From IMG/VR virus record IMGVR_UViG_2576861234_000002: a stretch of 30,922 nucleotides of DNA; one strand, given 5' to 3'. The position numbers were made by a program, and so were the translations under genes. Of the stretch, positions 26,516 through 30,922 are shown one piece after another. Below the pieces are notes generated by a model, which saw nothing but the letters and a program-made list of their open reading frames with translations, did no database searches and was not told where the DNA came from. Source of the stretch: an uncultured virus (IMG/VR IMGVR_UViG_2576861234_000002). Lineage: Duplodnaviria; Heunggongvirae; Uroviricota; Caudoviricetes. Every line of letters starts with the position of its first letter. Position 1 is the first letter of the stretch.

Positions 26516-27214
26516 CTACAAATGGTAGGCATTCTTTTTTGTTTTAAATCCAGCATGTTTCTTATTAATCTCTAAAATAAAACCTTCGTAACCAATGTTC
26601 TGAAGTTTTTTAACCAAAAAATTTAAATCCACTTCATGCAGGTATACTTTCAATAATTTAGAGAATCCTCTTAAAATAAATGATTGATAATTCCTTGTAT
26701 CCTCTCCAAAAGAATCTTTAATTATTTCCAAAACTAAACCTAAATGGTTAGCACCATTTCCTTTGTATATTGATTGCAACGCATCATAAGCTTTGATATA
26801 TCCTTTTGTTGATGCGCTTTTTTCATAATCAATTTCCAACCCGACACTTTTTACCGTTTCATCTATAGCTACAGCTACCGGCTCTTTAAATCTAAGTCGC
26901 GATTTACCTTTAGAGTTTGCGTTTTTCGAAGGTCTATCATTAACTCCGTAATACATCTCAGCTTCTTCTTCAATAGTTAAGTTTTCGTGCACTGTCGCTT
27001 CTATAAATGAAATATTCAATTCTTTCAACGCTTCCACCCTATGTTGACCATCGATGATATAAAATGACCCATCTTTTCTTTTACTAACTACAATTGTGTG
27101 TAATTTTTTTGAATCAAATTTATTAACTATCTTTCTTACTTGTCTTTCTTGCACCGGTGATTGATAACTCATATCTGTCTGTAATCTGTGAACTGGTAAT
27201 TGCTGGTTATACAT
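26516..27214 (-). CDS. ParB/Srx-fold DGQHR protein (DUF6551-like); -1 frame extension to 26448
   Basis: YQ.P....V.KI...FD....IVVS.R.DG.FYIIDGQHRV.AL...LT.EEEA; RBS AAAGGAG; overlaps the upstream gene. Confidence 0.82.
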   Translation of the reverse strand: MYNQQLPVHRLQTDMSYQSPVQERQVRKIVNKFDSKKLHTIVVSKRKDGSFYIIDGQHRVEALKELNISFIEATVHENLTIEEEAEMYYGVNDRPSKNANSKGKSRLRFKEPVAVAIDETVKSVGLEIDYEKSASTKGYIKAYDALQSIYKGNGANHLGLVLEIIKDSFGEDTRNYQSFILRGFSKLLKVYLHEVDLNFLVKKLQNIGYEGFILEINKKHAGFKTKKNAYHL

Positions 27215-28088
27215 TTATAAAATCTCCTTTTTCTATAATTTTGTTTAAAGCTTTAGAAGCCTTAACAACTTTTGATAATTCTTCAGCATCTCTTGATTTC
27301 AAGAAATTCAAAGTTAACTCTAAATCTTCAATGTTGTTTACCGCGTATAATAAGTTAGAACAGACGTTTACTATGTTTGCAGCTGCAGCTTCAGACAAAG
27401 CTAAATTTGTTTCTGTTTCACTCATAGCTTCAACTTCTGCGTTCATCCGTTCTCTTCGATCTACTACTGTTGTTTGAGGTTTTTCTTTTGTTGTCACTTT
27501 CACTTTATTTGCCTCATTTTGCTTTTCTTTAGCACGAAGTTCATCATGCGCTTTGCGAATACTTTTTTTACCTTCATCAACTTCTTTTATAGTTTCTTCG
27601 TCTGCGTTTTCATAGATGTATTTAGCTCTTGCATATGTTCGTCCACTACCAAAACCAGAAGCCTTACCGACGATATCTCGAGTTTCTCCTTTCCGTTCCG
27701 GTCCTTGGTCCGTAACGGTGTCTTTGTTTTGTTTTAGCTTAGAAGTCTTTCTATCTTTAGCTTTTTTAGCTTCAATTCTTTCTAATTGTTTCGCGTAATC
27801 CATTCTTTCTGAATAAGTAAAAGCTTTTCGCTCTTCATTTTCACTAATTTCTATTTTGAGTTGATGTTCATAATCTTCTACGGACATAATCCTCACTTCT
27901 ATTTGCCTATAATCAAGTTTCTTCATAGCTTTTAATCTTCGTTCTCCAGCTATTAATTCATAATCCGGCGTGACAACCGGCGGATTAATTAAACCCCTGT
28001 CTTCAATATCATCAGCAAGTGATGTTATATCTCCGTAATCTTTTCTTATGCGTTTGCCGACAGTTATCTTATTGATATCTATAAGCAT
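27207..28088 (-). CDS. ParB N-terminal (CTPase-like) domain protein with HTH and helical C-terminus
   Basis: LADDI...GLINP..V....LIAGERRLKA (arginine patch), ENEERK, HTH RDIVGKASGFGSGRTYARAK; AGGAGG RBS. Confidence 0.9.
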   Translation of the reverse strand: MLIDINKITVGKRIRKDYGDITSLADDIEDRGLINPPVVTPDYELIAGERRLKAMKKLDYRQIEVRIMSVEDYEHQLKIEISENEERKAFTYSERMDYAKQLERIEAKKAKDRKTSKLKQNKDTVTDQGPERKGETRDIVGKASGFGSGRTYARAKYIYENADEETIKEVDEGKKSIRKAHDELRAKEKQNEANKVKVTTKEKPQTTVVDRRERMNAEVEAMSETETNLALSEAAAANIVNVCSNLLYAVNNIEDLELTLNFLKSRDAEELSKVVKASKALNKIIEKGDFINV

Positions 28089-28103
28089 TTAATCCACCTC
28101 CTA

Positions 28104-28122
28104 ATATAACTTAAAGTGATAT
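28104..28122. promoter_or_regulatory. Operator-like palindrome between cro and the ParB gene
   Basis: ATATAACTT-A-AAGTGATAT; same half-site as the cI-cro intergenic array. Confidence 0.65.
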
Positions 28123-28127
28123 TTATA

Positions 28128-28337
28128 TTAAATTTTTTTAGCCTTTATGTAATCAACTTCAGTGTTGAATAATTTGGCTAAAGCGTATAACTGTAAACCT
28201 TTTAACTCTGTACTATCTTTTTCCCATCTTATGACAGATTGCTTAGTGACGCCTAATTTATCAGCGACATCTTGTTGTGTCATATTCGAATTAGTTCTCC
28301 AGACCTTTACAGAGAACTCTTTAAAATTTTCTGGCAT
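28128..28337 (-). CDS. Cro-like XRE HTH regulator
   Basis: MTQQDVADKLGVTKQSVIRWEK; divergent from cI. Confidence 0.9.
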   Translation of the reverse strand: MPENFKEFSVKVWRTNSNMTQQDVADKLGVTKQSVIRWEKDSTELKGLQLYALAKLFNTEVDYIKAKKI

Positions 28338-28365
28338 TTCGTATCACCTCCCGTTGACATTTACA

Positions 28366-28486
28366 ACTATACTATCACTTAAAGTAATATGTCAACACTT
28401 AAAGTGATATTTATTTTAAAAAAGTAATATTTTGTATTGAAAAGTGATATTACTTATGGTAAATTAGTATTACATTAAGTAATACT
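28366..28486. promoter_or_regulatory. Lysis/lysogeny switch: divergent promoters and operator array
   Basis: Leftward TTGACA(28395-28390)-18-TATAGT; rightward TTGAAA(28437-42)-17-TAAATT with TG extension; AAGTRATAT half-sites ending at 28390, 28410, 28430, 28450. Confidence 0.82.
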
Positions 28487-28499
28487 AAAGGAGAAAATT

Positions 28500-28826
28500 A
28501 TGGAATATAAGAGTGCTAGAAAAATTTTATCAGAGAACTTAGAACAACTTATGAAAGAGAACAACATTACTCAAGTAGAATTGTCTGAAGCAATCGGGGT
28601 AAGTCAATCAACAATCTCTAACTGGCTTAAAGAACTTAAATATCCTAGAATATCAAAAGTCCAACAATTAGCAGATTACTTTAATGTACCTAAATCGAGA
28701 ATTACAGAAGAAAGAAGTATTCATCAAGAAACTATAGCCGGTCATGCAAATAAAGATGAATTTACTCCCGAAGAATGGGAAGAAATCGAAAACTTTATGC
28801 AATGGGTTAGAGATAGAAAGAAATAA
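28500..28826 (+). CDS. CI/ImmR-like repressor (XRE HTH, no S24 autoprotease domain)
   Basis: TQVELSEAIGVSQSTISNW...YPR; only 108 aa; TIAGH linker. Confidence 0.9.
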   Translation: MEYKSARKILSENLEQLMKENNITQVELSEAIGVSQSTISNWLKELKYPRISKVQQLADYFNVPKSRITEERSIHQETIAGHANKDEFTPEEWEEIENFMQWVRDRKK

Positions 28827-28847
28827 GACACCAAAGGGGTTTGGCGC

Positions 28848-29306
28848 ATGGGAAAATACGAAGAATTGCTTATGAAATGTGAAGTTGAAGTGAAAGAAAC
28901 GCAAAGAGTACCTCGAGGATTTGATGGTTGGTATCAAGAAGGAGAAATTTTTATTAGACCTTCCCTATCCGAAAGGAACAAATTAGAAGTATTATATGAA
29001 GAACTTGCCCACCACAAGTTGACGTATGGCAACATTTTAGATCAATCGAAATTCAACAATCGCAAGTTCGAAAATTACGCAAGACGACACGGCTTTATCT
29101 CAGCAGTCCCGTTACGCGAAATTGTTGAAGCTTACAATTATGGCGTACGTAATTTGTATGAGTTGTCTGAGTACCTACAACTGAGTGAAAAATACATATT
29201 AGAAGCGATAGAACAATATAAGAAGATATACGGTATTGGAACTCACTATGGCGAGTATTCGATTACATTTGAGCCGTTGAGAGTTTTTAAATATAAAGAA
29301 ATATAA
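28848..29306 (+). CDS. ImmA/IrrE-family metallopeptidase
   Basis: LYEELAHH (HExxH variant) and downstream E..A; adjacent to a short repressor. Confidence 0.88.
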   Translation: MGKYEELLMKCEVEVKETQRVPRGFDGWYQEGEIFIRPSLSERNKLEVLYEELAHHKLTYGNILDQSKFNNRKFENYARRHGFISAVPLREIVEAYNYGVRNLYELSEYLQLSEKYILEAIEQYKKIYGIGTHYGEYSITFEPLRVFKYKEI

Positions 29307-29323
29307 ATAAAGGAGAAATGAAC

Positions 29324-29824
29324 ATGAGAAGATTATTAGGTTTACTATTAGCAAGTACGTTGGTGTTAGGCGCATGTGGTAGTAACGATACAGACAAAAA
29401 AGAAGAAAGTAAAAAAACAGAAACAAAGAAAGAGAACAAAGATAAAAAGAAAGAAACTAAAGAAAAAGCAGAAGCGAAAAAAGAAAATGCTAATCAAAAC
29501 GATAACAATAATCAAGTAAACAACGAGAACAACACAAACATTAACAACAATCAACAAACCAATAACACATCTAAGCAACAGGTACAGAAGAATCTTCCAG
29601 CTACCAATAATGAACAACAAACACAACCACGCGGCCCAAACGAACCTAGTTACGAAGAATATTTAAATGCTAAAAGAGCCACTGAAGAAATGGAAAATAA
29701 TCCGGACAAAAACCAACATGCTGGAGGTGGTCCAGGAATGTCGTTAACACACCCTAATCAGTCATATGATAGTTTTAGAAAAGAAGTAGGAAAAGCAAGA
29801 AGCGAAGCAATAGTTGTTCAATAA
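29324..29824 (+). CDS. Phage lipoprotein with K/E- and N/Q-rich low-complexity region
   Basis: MRRLLGLLLASTLVLGA-C lipobox; RBS spacing favours ATG 29324 over 29318. Confidence 0.88.
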   Translation: MRRLLGLLLASTLVLGACGSNDTDKKEESKKTETKKENKDKKKETKEKAEAKKENANQNDNNNQVNNENNTNINNNQQTNNTSKQQVQKNLPATNNEQQTQPRGPNEPSYEEYLNAKRATEEMENNPDKNQHAGGGPGMSLTHPNQSYDSFRKEVGKARSEAIVVQ

Positions 29825-29833
29825 TAAAATTTC

Positions 29834-29862
29834 GGGTAGCCCGCCTACCCTTATTATTTTTT
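29834..29862 (+). terminator. Terminator-like hairpin upstream of the integrase
   Basis: GGGTAG-cccgc-CTACCC followed by TTATTATTTTTT. Confidence 0.65.
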
Positions 29863-29884
29863 GCCAATTTTGAGGAGGGAACGC

Positions 29885-30922
29885 ATGAAAACACGTTGTT
29901 ACGATGGTAAAAAATGGCAATATGAATTTAAGCATGAAGGAAAAAGATTCCGAAAAAAAGGCTTTAGAACAAAGCGAGAAGCTAATTCTGCTGGACTAGA
30001 CAAGTTAAATGAGTTAAGAAGTGGTTTTAATATAGATAACGATATAACTCTTGAAGAATACTTCGAAAATTGGATTAAAACATATAAACAACCTGTCGTT
30101 AAAGAAAGTACGTATAATCTTTATCGATTTGCTTTAAAACATTTAAAAGAGCACAAAATAGGAAGTATGGAATTATCAAAGATAAACAAGCAAGTCTATC
30201 AAAAGTTTATCAATGACTATTCTAAAAACCATGCACAAGGAACGATAAGAAAAACAAACGGTGCTATTCGATCGGCTTTAGACGACGCATTATACGATGG
30301 GCTTATTTTTAAAAACCCCACTTATAAAATTAACTATAAAGCCGGAAAACCTACGAAGTCAGAAAAGGAGAAATTCATATCGATAACTGAATATGAAACG
30401 CTAAAAGCGCACGTTAAAAAGAAGCGAACACGTTCATCGTTAGCTATTTTTATAATGATTTGCACTGGTTGTCGCGTTAGTGGTGCAAGAAACTTAAAAA
30501 TGGAAAATATAAACCAAGTGAATAACACTATATTTATTGACGAACGAAAAACCGATACTTCCCCGAGATATATTAGTATCGCTAATTCTGATATGAAACA
30601 TATCATAGATGTCGTAAATTCATTTGCAATTAGTTATGATGGTTACATTTTCAAAGAAGCTGGATCTATAATTTCAGCAAAAACTATTAATAAAGTGTTG
30701 AAAACTGCATGTAGACACACCAATATACCTACAATTACCTCTCATGCTTTAAGACACACTCATTGTTCTTATTTATTAGCAAAAGGTGTATCTATACATT
30801 ACATCTCAAAAAGATTGGGACATAAAAATATAGCGATAACTACATCGGTGTATTCTCATTTGTTAGAAGAAAAGTTCAAGGAAGAAGATAATAAAACAAC
30901 TGAGATTTTGGAAAGTATGTAG
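29885..30922 (+). CDS. int: Tyrosine integrase, 345 aa, Sa3int-like but diverged
   Basis: TGCR, HALRHTH, LGH, Y catalytic motifs; GAGGAGG RBS before ATG 29885. Confidence 0.96.
   Translation: MKTRCYDGKKWQYEFKHEGKRFRKKGFRTKREANSAGLDKLNELRSGFNIDNDITLEEYFENWIKTYKQPVVKESTYNLYRFALKHLKEHKIGSMELSKINKQVYQKFINDYSKNHAQGTIRKTNGAIRSALDDALYDGLIFKNPTYKINYKAGKPTKSEKEKFISITEYETLKAHVKKKRTRSSLAIFIMICTGCRVSGARNLKMENINQVNNTIFIDERKTDTSPRYISIANSDMKHIIDVVNSFAISYDGYIFKEAGSIISAKTINKVLKTACRHTNIPTITSHALRHTHCSYLLAKGVSIHYISKRLGHKNIAITTSVYSHLLEEKFKEEDNKTTEILESM

Larger units (their letters stand above)
1..30922. mobile_element. Staphylococcal temperate siphovirus/prophage (partial: baseplate to integrase)
   Basis: Canonical S. 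aureus Siphoviridae gene order: integrase, repressor/cro, replication, rinB/rinA, terminase, portal, capsid, tail. Low GC. Confidence 0.98.

Noticed and set aside
26335..26556. 73-aa - strand ORF overlapping the end of the DGQHR gene
   Set aside because: It is in the +1 frame, has no RBS, runs through a hairpin and into the next gene; the -1 frame gives the more plausible continuation
28668..29626. Hydrophobic - strand ORFs opposite cI, the peptidase and the lipoprotein
   Set aside because: Their F/L/V richness just mirrors the A-rich codons on the coding strand
29861..29884. Longer TTG start for the integrase given in the ORF track
   Set aside because: The GAGGAGG RBS lies inside this extension and fits ATG 29885
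1..30922. Canonical parS (TGTTNCACGTGAAACA), parA, CRISPR array, tRNA, IS or toxin/immune-evasion genes
   Set aside because: None seen by eye; the only periodic repeats are the iterons, operators and RinA-site repeats. The lysis and att regions are outside the window

Overview
About 31 kb of a temperate Staphylococcus (S. aureus-type) siphovirus/prophage, most of it on the - strand. Reading right to left, the lysogeny module has a tyrosine integrase resembling the Sa3int family but diverged, a lipoprotein, an ImmA/IrrE-type protease and a short CI. The early region carries Cro, then an unusual tandem of two ParB/Srx-fold genes where an antirepressor usually sits, small DUF genes, Sak recombinase, SSB, an HNH endonuclease, a replication initiator with internal iterons, a DnaC-like loader, Sri, dUTPase, RinB and RinA. 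The late region has TerS/TerL, an SPP1-type portal and head genes, and tail genes through Dit and Tal to the first codons of the next baseplate gene. The lysis module and att sites are outside the window. The most notable items are: the ParB + DGQHR (DUF6551-like) cassette, whose second gene needs a -1 shift at an in-frame A_AAA_AAG to gain a plausible C-terminus; a T_TTT_TTC -1 site linking the two tail chaperones; a 20-bp-phased operator array; opposite-strand accessory genes with their own promoters; a structured leader before the scaffold gene; and host-replisome docking motifs at several C-termini. Family names come from motif and synteny recognition only; no database searches were run.
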